A stretch of DNA of 64,000 bases from Candidatus Heimdallarchaeota archaeon (GTDB lineage: Archaea > Asgardarchaeota > Heimdallarchaeia > Hodarchaeales > Hodarchaeaceae). Where the stretch lies: contig RDOB01000004.1 in the NCBI GenBank assembly GCA_011364965.1, forward strand, positions 328,769-392,768. The letters are read 5' to 3'. Below are positions 39,600 to 49,232 of this stretch, one piece after another. Each line of letters starts with the position of its first letter. Positions within the stretch are counted from its first letter, which is position 1. The notes under the pieces are model-generated. The model was not told where the DNA came from. It saw only the letters and a program-made list of their open reading frames with translations, and ran no database searches. Both the position numbers and the translations under genes were made by a program.

Positions 39600-40646
39600 A
39601 TGTCAGTTCACCCAATACCAAATAGAAATATGTTGTTAAATCGTTCTAAACATGCATTTTTTGGTGCAGGATACACGCTTTGGGATGATTACTGTAATTC
39701 AACCTCTTTTGATTTCATTGCCAAAAAAGATAATGTCTCCTCTTCATCACAGCATATTATTACCAAAATTGTCGTTGATTTGGATTTATTTAGAAAACAA
39801 ACGTCAATAGAATTGCAATTAATTTCAAGCTTGATTTCCGGTTCTCCTTTAGTAATAGGTCATTCAGCAGCTGGAAAACATCTTGATGAAGCCACTCTTT
39901 ATCGAAGGCACAATGTCTCTGCTGTCTCGATCCCGACTTTGCTTATGCTTTTAAAATATGAAAAGGGTGAGCATTCGTCCAAAATTTCAAAATTTTCTCA
40001 TCCTGGAGGGATAGCAGTCAATATTTCAAAGGAAATCTTAAAAGCAAGGAGAAAATATCTACAAATGAATCAGAAACTCCTTGCAGAGAAAATTGGAGTA
40101 TCTCGTCATTCTTTGTACAAGTATGAGAAAGGAGAGAGTTTTCCAAATCCTGATACTTATCAAAATCTTAAAAGGATTCTTGGCGATGATCTTGACGTTT
40201 CATTAAATATTCTAGAAACCGAATCAAGAGGATTATGCGAAGAGAATCTCGACAATTTTAAGACACCCAACTCTAATTTGAAGAAGGAAATTGCTTCCTA
40301 CCTCGAAGAAAAGGAATTTAATATTCTCTGGTTTAAATCTAGCCCCTTTGATGGATTATCTGAACCATTATTCGAAGCTAAAATGGATGAAAAATCCAAT
40401 TGCACTCCATATCCCATAATAACTGGAGTTACAGAGAGTACGGAAACGAAAGATGATGAACGTATCATTAAAACTACAAGTTTATCTCAATTTCTTCAAA
40501 AACAAGCGATATGGTTCGTTGAAGATGATTTAGATAAAGATGATTCTGGGTATGAATCATTTGCAATTACTTTCGTAAAAATCTCTGATCTTGAACGAAT
40601 GCCTTCAAGTGAATTTAAAAAACTTCTCTCACGAAAGAATAAATGA
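39600..40646 (+). CDS. HTH (Cro/C1) transcriptional regulator, COG1395-like
   Basis: SFDFIAK, PGG..VNI, LAEKIGVSRHSLYKYEKG, SPFD. Confidence 0.8.
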   Translation: MSVHPIPNRNMLLNRSKHAFFGAGYTLWDDYCNSTSFDFIAKKDNVSSSSQHIITKIVVDLDLFRKQTSIELQLISSLISGSPLVIGHSAAGKHLDEATLYRRHNVSAVSIPTLLMLLKYEKGEHSSKISKFSHPGGIAVNISKEILKARRKYLQMNQKLLAEKIGVSRHSLYKYEKGESFPNPDTYQNLKRILGDDLDVSLNILETESRGLCEENLDNFKTPNSNLKKEIASYLEEKEFNILWFKSSPFDGLSEPLFEAKMDEKSNCTPYPIITGVTESTETKDDERIIKTTSLSQFLQKQAIWFVEDDLDKDDSGYESFAITFVKISDLERMPSSEFKKLLSRKNK

Positions 40647-40885
40647 TATTTGTCATTCCAATCCTCGACAAAGCAATTCTTGGAAAGCAACGTATTTCGA
40701 AAAGAAATTAAGCTTGACTTTTAGCCCAATTAATTGAATAGATATTTGATATGAAGTTGTTTGCACTCTTTCTACTTGTTTTCCAATTAGGTTAAACACC
40801 AGTATTAAATTTAGACATGGAAAATATCAGTAGAATTTACATATCATAATCTTATTCATTAAATAACTGCTAAAAGGTCCTTCAC

Positions 40886-41338
40886 ATGTCAAAAAAGCAA
40901 ACTGAATCTAACAATGACGTTGCTACTCGCTTACCATGGCTACCTGGTCTTAAGAGACCCGCTATTACATTTCGAATTCCAGATGTTGCTTTACCGTATG
41001 AAACTCCCCATAGATACATCTTAGCGGTACTCTTGGTGGCTATTATTTTCATCCTTGCTGGAGGAATTTATGATATTACAGAAAATCCTCTACCTATGGG
41101 CCAGACTTCTACTGCGCTAGTACCAATATTCCAATCAGCAAGCGAGCAATTCTTGGTTGAATCCTTAATTGCAGCATTATTCTTTGCGCTGGGTTCTGGC
41201 GGATTTTACATGATTAGGTATTCCACTCGGTTTGCTTATGACATCCGGACCTCTATTACCTTGATCATAATTGGGATCTTGCTTGCAATAATTGCTGCAG
41301 GAAGTATTACAATTCTCTATGATTGGAAACTGCAATAA
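40886..41338 (+). CDS. DC2/OSTC-like (OST3/OST6-family TM domain) oligosaccharyltransferase subunit
   Basis: 150 aa, 3 TM; FILAGGIYDITENPLPMG, QFLVESLIAALFFALGSGGF, terminal KL. Confidence 0.8.
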   Translation: MSKKQTESNNDVATRLPWLPGLKRPAITFRIPDVALPYETPHRYILAVLLVAIIFILAGGIYDITENPLPMGQTSTALVPIFQSASEQFLVESLIAALFFALGSGGFYMIRYSTRFAYDIRTSITLIIIGILLAIIAAGSITILYDWKLQ

Positions 41339-41362
41339 CAAAAAGATCTAATGCAATTGATA

Positions 41363-41501
41363 GCCGGGGTAGCCAAGCGGACTGGTTAAAGATCCTTCAT
41401 CTCCTCGTACTACGGCGCTGGCCTTGAGTCAACGTGAATTTATAAATGCAGGTAAGCCAGTGTACTTTTTGTACTCGAGGGTTCAAATCCCTCCCCCGGC
41501 G
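41363..41501 (+). tRNA. tRNA-Ser(TGA) with two introns: D-loop 41383-41410 and 37/38 at 41429-41454
   Basis: GCCGGGG/CCCCGGC acceptor; TGA at 41425-41427; BHB helices GCGG/TCGT and CTTG/CAGG; long variable arm. Confidence 0.9.
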
Positions 41502-41665
41502 TGTTTTTTAAAGGAATTTAAAAAAGAATTCTATTCAATATTTGGAAACAAAAATGTCTATTTCTGTTAAAATACGTTTATTGAGCCTATATTAGGTTTT
41601 TTTAAATGAAAACCAATAATGCTTATAACCTCAGATTATTCCACCTAATTAAGTAATCTAAACGA

Positions 41666-42010
41666 ATGATTAGCATAGACAATTTGGTGACTTTCACTTT
41701 GGTAGCTGTAGCACGAATTCGATTAATGAGCGCTGATGTCAGGCAGCTTGATGGAATTTGCGATGAAATGAGAAGGATCGCAGATAAATCTGGAGTAAAA
41801 ATGCGAGGACCAATTCCCTTACCTACAAAGAAATTAAATTTACCTGTAAGAAAGTCCCCAAGTGGTCAAGGTACTGCAACTTGGGAAGATTATGAGCTCA
41901 GAATTCATAAAAGATTAATTGATATCGACGCTGACGATAGAACCATGCGGCAAATCATTCGATTAAATGTTTCTCGTTCTTTATTTGTAGAGATAGAATT
42001 AAGGACATAA
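41666..42010 (+). CDS. rps10: 30S ribosomal protein uS10
   Basis: GPIPLPTK..RKSPSGQGTATWEDYELRIHKRLID; true start may be TTG 41699. Confidence 0.96.
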   Translation: MISIDNLVTFTLVAVARIRLMSADVRQLDGICDEMRRIADKSGVKMRGPIPLPTKKLNLPVRKSPSGQGTATWEDYELRIHKRLIDIDADDRTMRQIIRLNVSRSLFVEIELRT

Positions 42011-42023
42011 GAGGAGTTAAAAA

Positions 42024-42596
42024 ATGAGTACAGAACCCCTGAAAGTTTTCGGATTATGGGATAGTCAAGACGTTGAAATCAAAGATATAAGTCTTGTAAG
42101 GTATATTAATTTGAAAGACCGATTAATTCCTCATAGCGCTGGAAGGCATGAACATAAACGCTTTCATAAGTCTAATGTCCACATCATTGAACGGTTGGCT
42201 AATAAATTAATGAGTCCTGGGAAGAATACGGGGAAAAAAATCTTAGCCCTAAATGCAGTTAAATCGTCCCTTCAAATAATTGAGCTTAAAACAGGGAGTA
42301 ATCCCATACAAGCCCTTGTTGACGCAATTGTAAACTGCGCTCCAAGAGAGGAAACCACTCGTATCAGTTATGGAGGAATTGTTTATCATACTGCTGTAGA
42401 TAGTGCTCCTCAACGAAGAGTTGATGTTGCTTTACGTCTATTAGCACTAGCAGTAAGACGTGCCTCTTTTAATAATGTCAGATCATTTGAAGAGATTCTA
42501 GCTGATCAATTAATCCTTGCTTCTACAAATAATGCAAACTCAACTGCAATCAAACGGAAGCAAGATATTGAGAGAGTAGCATTAAGTGCACGATAA
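42024..42596 (+). CDS. rps7: 30S ribosomal protein uS7
   Basis: PHSAGRH, IIERL, NPIQALV, PREETTRI, PQRRVD, ERVALSAR. Confidence 0.96.
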   Translation: MSTEPLKVFGLWDSQDVEIKDISLVRYINLKDRLIPHSAGRHEHKRFHKSNVHIIERLANKLMSPGKNTGKKILALNAVKSSLQIIELKTGSNPIQALVDAIVNCAPREETTRISYGGIVYHTAVDSAPQRRVDVALRLLALAVRRASFNNVRSFEEILADQLILASTNNANSTAIKRKQDIERVALSAR

Positions 42597-42609
42597 GAAT
42601 CGTTTTCTA

Positions 42610-43941
42610 TTATTCAATTAACAAATCATTGACAATTCCAACTGCGATCGTTTGACCAGAATGACGTAGAATTATTCTACCTAGTTCTGGAAAATCGTTG
42701 TATTTTTCAACAACGATCGCTGATTCTAATACGATGTCTATTTCTATTAATTCATTCTCAAAAGCAATTGTAATCTTTTTTTCAAATTCTCGAGGTATTT
42801 TCTTGAATTTTGGATTTGACCGCAGGATTTTACGAATTTCTTTCAGTTGAGAGGTCGTATAAGTGGTTCCACAATGAAAAACAATTGTTGAACCTGGCAC
42901 TATCGATCCCTCAAGGATAAGAAGACGAGCTCTAACTATTTTGGGAAATTTGTAATCTAAATTCCCTGGAGCTAAAACAATTCCTTCTTCTAAGTTATCT
43001 TTATCAATATTTTTTAGTAAAATTGATCCATGATCCCCCGGTACTAATTCCGATACCTTTTGGTCCTGTACCCAAATCTCTTTTACCTCAGAATTAATAT
43101 TTAAAGGTAATAGATTAACAGAGTCTCCTGTTTTAATCGATCCTCCAAGAGTTTTTCCCATAATTAATGTTCCAAATCCATGTCTTTCGTCTAAATCATA
43201 AGAAAGAAATCTCATATTTAATTGGTCTGCAGAAGGCGTTATTCCTTCGAGGTTGTTTAATGATTCAATCAAGGTAGGGCCAGAATACCAAGGTATTTTT
43301 TCTGATGGTTTAGAAAGATTCTCTCCCATGAATCCACTTATTGGAATAAACGGAATTTTATCTATCTCATTTATCCAAGGTGATTGAATTTCTTGGAAGA
43401 GATCTTTTATGAGTTTAACTGCATTATCATAATTTTCTTTGTTATAATCTACTAAATCCATTTTATTTATGGCTACAATAATCCGTTTAATGCCTAGAAC
43501 GGACGCAAGAATTGCATGTTCTCGTGTTTGTCCACCAGGATCTTCATATCCTCCAGTTTTCAAGCCAGATTTCAAATCATTAGGAACTGCACTCACTACT
43601 AAAACACAAGCATCAGCCTGAGCTGCTCCTCGAATCATATTTTTGACAAAGTCTCGATGTCCGGGAGCATCAATTAGCATAAATCTCCTTTGATCTGTAT
43701 TAAAGGGAAAAAACGCAATATCTGAAGTTATTCCTCTAGATTTTTCTTCTGGGAGAGAATCTAATACATATGCCCATTTCCAAGATTCCATTTGATTCTG
43801 AACAGATTCTTCGTTTAATTTTTCCATTAATCGCGGATCTATTGCTCCTATTTGATATAATAAATGTCCCAAAGTTGTTGATTTACCATGATCAACATGC
43901 CCAATCCATACTAAAGAAATAGTAGTTTTAGAGTATTCCAT
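42610..43941 (-). CDS. EF-1alpha-family translational GTPase (paralogue 2; HBS1/eRF3-like possible)
   Basis: GHVDHGKST, RGIT, DAPGHRDF, NKMD, ISG; three-domain layout ending LGRIILR..TIAVG. Confidence 0.85.
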   Translation of the reverse strand: MEYSKTTISLVWIGHVDHGKSTTLGHLLYQIGAIDPRLMEKLNEESVQNQMESWKWAYVLDSLPEEKSRGITSDIAFFPFNTDQRRFMLIDAPGHRDFVKNMIRGAAQADACVLVVSAVPNDLKSGLKTGGYEDPGGQTREHAILASVLGIKRIIVAINKMDLVDYNKENYDNAVKLIKDLFQEIQSPWINEIDKIPFIPISGFMGENLSKPSEKIPWYSGPTLIESLNNLEGITPSADQLNMRFLSYDLDERHGFGTLIMGKTLGGSIKTGDSVNLLPLNINSEVKEIWVQDQKVSELVPGDHGSILLKNIDKDNLEEGIVLAPGNLDYKFPKIVRARLLILEGSIVPGSTIVFHCGTTYTTSQLKEIRKILRSNPKFKKIPREFEKKITIAFENELIEIDIVLESAIVVEKYNDFPELGRIILRHSGQTIAVGIVNDLLIE

Positions 43942-44012
43942 GCGGGAGCACCGATTGTAGGATCCCTTATATTACAAGGGATTTTAGATAAAAATAAAAA
44001 AGAAAAAGGGAG

Positions 44013-45545
44013 TTAAGCGTATTTTCCGCGTTCTACCTTTTGAACAACTCCCACTGCAACAGTTTTTCCAGAGTCTCTCAATGCAAACCGACCTAATGCA
44101 GGTGATTGCGCAAGGGGTTCTACAACCATTGGATTAAGAGGAGTCATCCAAATCATTCCTCTTTCTCCTTGTCCAAGCTGGTCTTTTTCTTGAACTTGAG
44201 TAACTCGGCATGCAACTTGGGCTGTTCCACAATGGACTACAGGTGAGTAATTCTCATGAATACCCCATGCTACTTCCTTACCCTTTTTCCCCTTCTTTCC
44301 TAATCCTCTAACAACAAGGACTAGGGAGAGGAATGCATCAACATTCGGCCGTAATGCTACAGCTGGGTTATCAGGATCACTTAACACAGCACCTCTAATA
44401 ATATCTTTTGCGCCAACATTTTTAGTTTTAATGTTAAATCCAATATTATCTCCCGGAAGTGCTTGCGGAATATCCTTATGAAATTCTTGGAGAGTTTTTA
44501 CTGAAACCCTTACTGGTTCTATACTTTGCTTAGTTGGAGATATAACCATTTCTGAATTTGGTTTCAAAATACCTGTAGAGACTCTCCCGGTCAGTACAGT
44601 TCCCACTCCGCCGATGTTTAAGGTTTGTTGAATAGGAAGTCGAACTGGTTGTTTCGATAAAGTTTCTTTTCTAACTGCGGGAGATTCGAGTAGATCAAGA
44701 GCATCGACTAGGGAAGGTCCATCATACCATGAAAGGCCTTCAAAACCTGCTTTAATATCCTCAAACTCTTTTTCTAAAGATGTAATAAATTCAGGATCGC
44801 CATTTCCCGATTTAGCTGCTGTTAAATGCCCTTCGATGTTTTTGATTGTAATATCTTTTGATAAAAGATTTACACCGACTAAACCACTTGTTGGAACGTA
44901 TTTAATTGCCTCTAATCTCCTATCTTTGTCATCTATTTGGAGTGCTGTCATTAATTGTGTGAAGATTTCATGAATTGCCTTTTTAATCTGCTCATATCTC
45001 TTCTGATCCCAATCAACAACATCCATCTTGTTAATTGCTACTACAATGTTTGTAACACCTAAAGATGTAAGAAGGAGCATGTGTTCAGTGGTCATCCCAA
45101 TTACGTTTGCATACTTTCCTGATGCAGTACCAGCGACTTTTGTTCCATCTTCAAATTCCCCTTTCCTTGCAGAAACTACTAGTATAGCAGCATCAGCCTG
45201 CGAGGCTCCAGTAATCATGTTCTTAATAAAGTCACTATGCCCAGGGGCATCGATAAGATTGTAAATGTACTTCTTGGTTTTAAATTCCTGGAAAGATATG
45301 TTAATTGTGAGACCTCGTTCTCTTTCGTCCATTAAAGGGTCTAAAATCCACGCGTATGACCAACTGCCCATTCCTTGCGCCTTGCTATCTTTGAAGTACT
45401 TTTCTGCAATTCGCCAAGGTTGGCGTTTCTTTTTTGGATCGTGAATCTGACCGAGTAAGAACAACATATGGCCTAGTCCTGTCGATTTTCCGTGATCGAC
45501 GTGGCCAGTAACCACTAAATTCATTCTTTCGAGATCTGCCATCAT
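44013..45545 (-). CDS. EF-1alpha-family translational GTPase with large insertions (probable main EF-1alpha)
   Basis: GHVDHGKST, ERERGLTI, DAPGHSDFIKNMITGASQAD, NKMD, IGGVGTVLTGRV, PGDNIGFN, LGRFALRD. Confidence 0.88.
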   Translation of the reverse strand: MMADLERMNLVVTGHVDHGKSTGLGHMLFLLGQIHDPKKKRQPWRIAEKYFKDSKAQGMGSWSYAWILDPLMDERERGLTINISFQEFKTKKYIYNLIDAPGHSDFIKNMITGASQADAAILVVSARKGEFEDGTKVAGTASGKYANVIGMTTEHMLLLTSLGVTNIVVAINKMDVVDWDQKRYEQIKKAIHEIFTQLMTALQIDDKDRRLEAIKYVPTSGLVGVNLLSKDITIKNIEGHLTAAKSGNGDPEFITSLEKEFEDIKAGFEGLSWYDGPSLVDALDLLESPAVRKETLSKQPVRLPIQQTLNIGGVGTVLTGRVSTGILKPNSEMVISPTKQSIEPVRVSVKTLQEFHKDIPQALPGDNIGFNIKTKNVGAKDIIRGAVLSDPDNPAVALRPNVDAFLSLVLVVRGLGKKGKKGKEVAWGIHENYSPVVHCGTAQVACRVTQVQEKDQLGQGERGMIWMTPLNPMVVEPLAQSPALGRFALRDSGKTVAVGVVQKVERGKYA

Positions 45546-46083
45546 TATTCACCAGAATATTATCTAAATTTATCTATTTTATATTCTATAAAGCGAGACT
45601 AACCAGTATTTCTGATTTAACCTCACACCTAAGCGAGTCAAGGGAGTGCTTATCATGTTTTCGCGGCCAATTCTATCTAGTTATCAGAAATTTTGAGGGA
45701 TGATTCAAAACTAAATTAGATAGAATTTTTAATTTTTTTTTCTGCTTCTGATTTATCTAAATTAGCAAAAAAGAAGAGGTAGATCTATAAGTAAGATCAT
45801 TTTATTAATTTTAATAAGTATAATTCTTTCTTTGTTCAGACAATAAAGATGTACAATACAGATGAAAAGTTAATTGGGATATCTTCTCTATTTTCTTTAT
45901 ATTTTTTTTAATTTTAAATTAGCAAAGAAACATACCTCGAAATTATATGATATGTAACCTATTTCAATTATATTAATTACCCCATTATTGGTTTTAATAG
46001 TTTGAGATGCAGCCTAGACGTTTTAAATAGTATTAAATTCCTTCTTATTTTAAATAGATGATCTAGGGACAAGAGTGTTTTCA

Positions 46084-47100
46084 TTAATATTTTTCTGTAA
46101 GTAATGGCTTTGTTAGAAGTAGAAAATGTTCCCTTAATGTAAATTCTGCAATTTCTAAACTTTTTGCTAGGTATTTCTGAGTTAATATTCCTCTTCTTGA
46201 ACTTTTCAAGTAGCATTGTGGAAATAAAACATGTCTTGCTAATAGAATATCTGCTGCTACAATAACCGCGACTGCTAAAATGAACGGATTCCGCCCTCCA
46301 CGGTGTGAGGACGGAAATTTAGCTAGAATTTTTTTGGCTGTGATCTTTAAATACTGAAAGAAATCATTTAGGGACATATTACTACGTTTTGAAAGACGAG
46401 TTTGAATATCCTCATTATTCTTCAATCGACTGATTATGTTATCTAGATATTCTTCCGATTTTACATATCTTACCCGGATCCGAGCATATTGTCGAATAAG
46501 AGCTGCTGCTTTAATAATATCTTTCCCTAATATTGAATGTCCTTGATCTTGAGCCACTCTCACAAGTCTAATCAATTCAATATTTTCACGTCGAGATCTA
46601 ATAGCTAGATATAAGGATCCCATAACAATACTAGATAATTTTAATCGTCCTTTAAGGTCACTATGAGCTTTTCTGAAAAGGAATAGCGCATCAGACTTCG
46701 CAACCTCAGTTATCTGTAATATACTACAGATTGCACAGAGATAGCTATATCCCCGATACTCCCGTTGTCTTCCACTGAAATGAATATAGATGTCATTAAG
46801 TGACTTTAATCTTTGATAGCGTCGTTTTGCAGGGATTTTAAGCAAATTACCTCTTGAATCTGCTAAATACTTTTTTTTATAAGTATCAACGTATGTTCCT
46901 AGCGTTTTCATACTACTGGGTTTTTCACTGATTGCTGCATATTGGCTACCAAAGCTATTTTCTGTTTTTATAAGATGAATCGTGGGTTTTTCATAGATTT
47001 GATTTGCTACCAATCCACAGCTAAGACATACAATATCAGATTCAGTCTGAACCAAAATCCCTCCACATTCTAAACAATTTTTACTCAATTTAACCACCAA
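46084..47100 (-). CDS. Divergent TFB/TFIIB-family protein
   Basis: CLECG..VCLSCGLV zinc ribbon; cyclin repeats; GRNP..AV; TQKYLAKSLEIAEFTLR. Confidence 0.8.
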   Translation of the reverse strand: MVVKLSKNCLECGGILVQTESDIVCLSCGLVANQIYEKPTIHLIKTENSFGSQYAAISEKPSSMKTLGTYVDTYKKKYLADSRGNLLKIPAKRRYQRLKSLNDIYIHFSGRQREYRGYSYLCAICSILQITEVAKSDALFLFRKAHSDLKGRLKLSSIVMGSLYLAIRSRRENIELIRLVRVAQDQGHSILGKDIIKAAALIRQYARIRVRYVKSEEYLDNIISRLKNNEDIQTRLSKRSNMSLNDFFQYLKITAKKILAKFPSSHRGGRNPFILAVAVIVAADILLARHVLFPQCYLKSSRRGILTQKYLAKSLEIAEFTLREHFLLLTKPLLTEKY

Positions 47101-47401
47101 TGAAATGTAGGTGATTAAATTTCTAAATCGAATACAGAGAGGTTATTGAACCTTCGAATATGAACTTCACTCTCTTTAGAAATGAAAAATTATCAATAAT
47201 GTCGTTCTTTATTCTTATAAATAAAAGAAAACATGTAATTTTATGTTCGTTTAACAGATTTCAGTTTATTTGTCATTTTAAAAGATAAATTCCTGAAATA
47301 TAATTCAGACATGAAAGTTAAAAAAATAAATGTAAATTAATGGTAAACAGTAGTTACATGAAATTAATTCTGTTGAAAATTCTAAAAGGAAAATTATTTT
47401 T

Positions 47402-48019
47402 ATGAAAAAACGAGATTCTAAGTTTGATAGACATGTTGGAAAGAGAGATAAGTCTCGTTTTTTCAATAGAGGCGAAAGCTATGTAATAGACTTCTATCCT
47501 CATGGAAAAACATTGAGTCGCAGAAGTTCTGGGGATTACAATCCAGTAGCAGTTGTTATAACGTCAGATTGGTTTCAATTCTTTGATGTACGCCTAGCCC
47601 TTGGAACCAGTCTCTCAATTGAAGATAAATTACACCTTAATTCTAGAAATCCTGTTATAAAAAAACTTTTTTCAACTCAATATTCCCAGTTATCTGCTTC
47701 GACGATAGAAAACTTGCCTTCCGTCATACATCGGATTGTAAATGCTTCAGAAAACCGATTTATTAAGTTCTTAAATGAAGCACATCCCTTAACCACACAA
47801 ATGCATCAATTACAATTACTTCCTGGGATTGGCCAAAAGAGAATGTGGGCTATTTTAGAAGCTCGGAAATCAAAAGAATTTATTTCATTTGAGGATTTTG
47901 CTAAAAGATCCGGGATTTCTGATCCAATATCAATTTTTTTAAATCGAATTTTACAGGAAATTGAGGATTCACCAAAATATCGCCTATTTACTAAAAAACC
48001 TAAAACTGATGAAGATTGA
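47402..48019 (+). CDS. DUF655 nucleic-acid-binding protein
   Basis: VIDFYPHG, RFIKFLNEA.PLT..MHQLQLLPGIG HhH; upstream of ksgA. Confidence 0.85.
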   Translation: MKKRDSKFDRHVGKRDKSRFFNRGESYVIDFYPHGKTLSRRSSGDYNPVAVVITSDWFQFFDVRLALGTSLSIEDKLHLNSRNPVIKKLFSTQYSQLSASTIENLPSVIHRIVNASENRFIKFLNEAHPLTTQMHQLQLLPGIGQKRMWAILEARKSKEFISFEDFAKRSGISDPISIFLNRILQEIEDSPKYRLFTKKPKTDED

Positions 48020-48888
48020 GTAATCTAAACTATTTGAAAGAAAGAAAATTGAAGGAATATACATTAAAAATAACCAAAGATTACGCAATAACTCCTAACA
48101 AATTATTTGGCCAAAATTTTGTCATTAATATGAAATTGGTTGATGAGGTAACTTCTGCAGCAAATTTAACCAATTCAGATATAGTAGTTGAAGTGGGGGG
48201 AGGAATCGGTACTTTAACCTACTTTCTTCTACAATCATCATCAAAGGTATATGTTTATGAAATCGATCCAATTCTCTCAAGTGTTATTTTAAAAGAGTTT
48301 TATGATTATCATGATAAACTTGAAATTATAAATGATGATTTTTTAACACAAAATATCGTTAAACACACTAAAATAGTATCTAACCTTCCCTACAATATTT
48401 CCTCTCCATTTATTAACAAGGTTATACAATTAAAAGAACCTCCTAATGTTATTTCTGCAACTTTCCAGAAAGAATTTGCAAACCATCTTTGTGGATCTCC
48501 TGGTGAATCTAATTATAGCAAAATCTCTGTTTACTCCTCATATTTTTATAAATTCAATATTAGAAAGGATTTTTCAAAACAGAGTTTTTATCCAACCCCT
48601 AAAGTCGACTCGAGCGTTGTTTTTGGAGAAGCAAAAAATCCCCCTAAAATAGTGAAAACAAATGATTTCAATCAATTCCTCACTAATCTCTTCTGTCGGA
48701 AGCATAAGAAAGTTAGGAACAATCTTCAGGTGTATTTGAAAGGAAAAGGGAAATCTGATAAACTCAAGATAAAATCTAAAATTGATAATCTAGAACATAG
48801 CTCAATCCAACCTGTAAATCTTACTCCTAATGAAATTCTTAACCTCTATAAGGAGTTTAGAACTGCTTTCCCCTTAAACCTTAACTGA
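48016..48888 (+). CDS. rsmA: 16S rRNA adenine dimethyltransferase KsgA/Dim1
   Basis: GQNF, VEVGGGIGTLT, YEID, VSNLPYNISS, FYPTPKVDS. Confidence 0.93.
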   Translation: MSNLNYLKERKLKEYTLKITKDYAITPNKLFGQNFVINMKLVDEVTSAANLTNSDIVVEVGGGIGTLTYFLLQSSSKVYVYEIDPILSSVILKEFYDYHDKLEIINDDFLTQNIVKHTKIVSNLPYNISSPFINKVIQLKEPPNVISATFQKEFANHLCGSPGESNYSKISVYSSYFYKFNIRKDFSKQSFYPTPKVDSSVVFGEAKNPPKIVKTNDFNQFLTNLFCRKHKKVRNNLQVYLKGKGKSDKLKIKSKIDNLEHSSIQPVNLTPNEILNLYKEFRTAFPLNLN

Positions 48889-48891
48889 TCC

Positions 48892-49182
48892 TTATGGAGT
48901 AAAAGGGTAAACTAATGGGAAACCAGCCAAAAAAAATGGGACTGTGACTACTATAAATACAAAACCAGTTAATATCAATTGAAATTCGAATTCTTTCTTA
49001 TTTCGGAGTAACCTATCTCCTAATTGAATTATAATCATAGTGAGGGAGATTGCTCGTACCACCCATGCAACAAATATCAATAATACCCAAAAAATTTGAT
49101 CTCCTGATTCAATTAAAAGTTGCCAACCACGAATATATGCATCCCATTGATTAAGGAAGAATATTATCATTAAAACACCCAA
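48892..49182 (-). CDS. Small hypothetical membrane protein
   Basis: Two clear hydrophobic helices; start uncertain. Confidence 0.5.
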   Translation of the reverse strand: MGVLMIIFFLNQWDAYIRGWQLLIESGDQIFWVLLIFVAWVVRAISLTMIIIQLGDRLLRNKKEFEFQLILTGFVFIVVTVPFFLAGFPLVYPFTP

Positions 49183-49232
49183 ATTAAATCTACAATTAAC
49201 TTACCAAAATCGTTTATAACCACCTGAATTTC

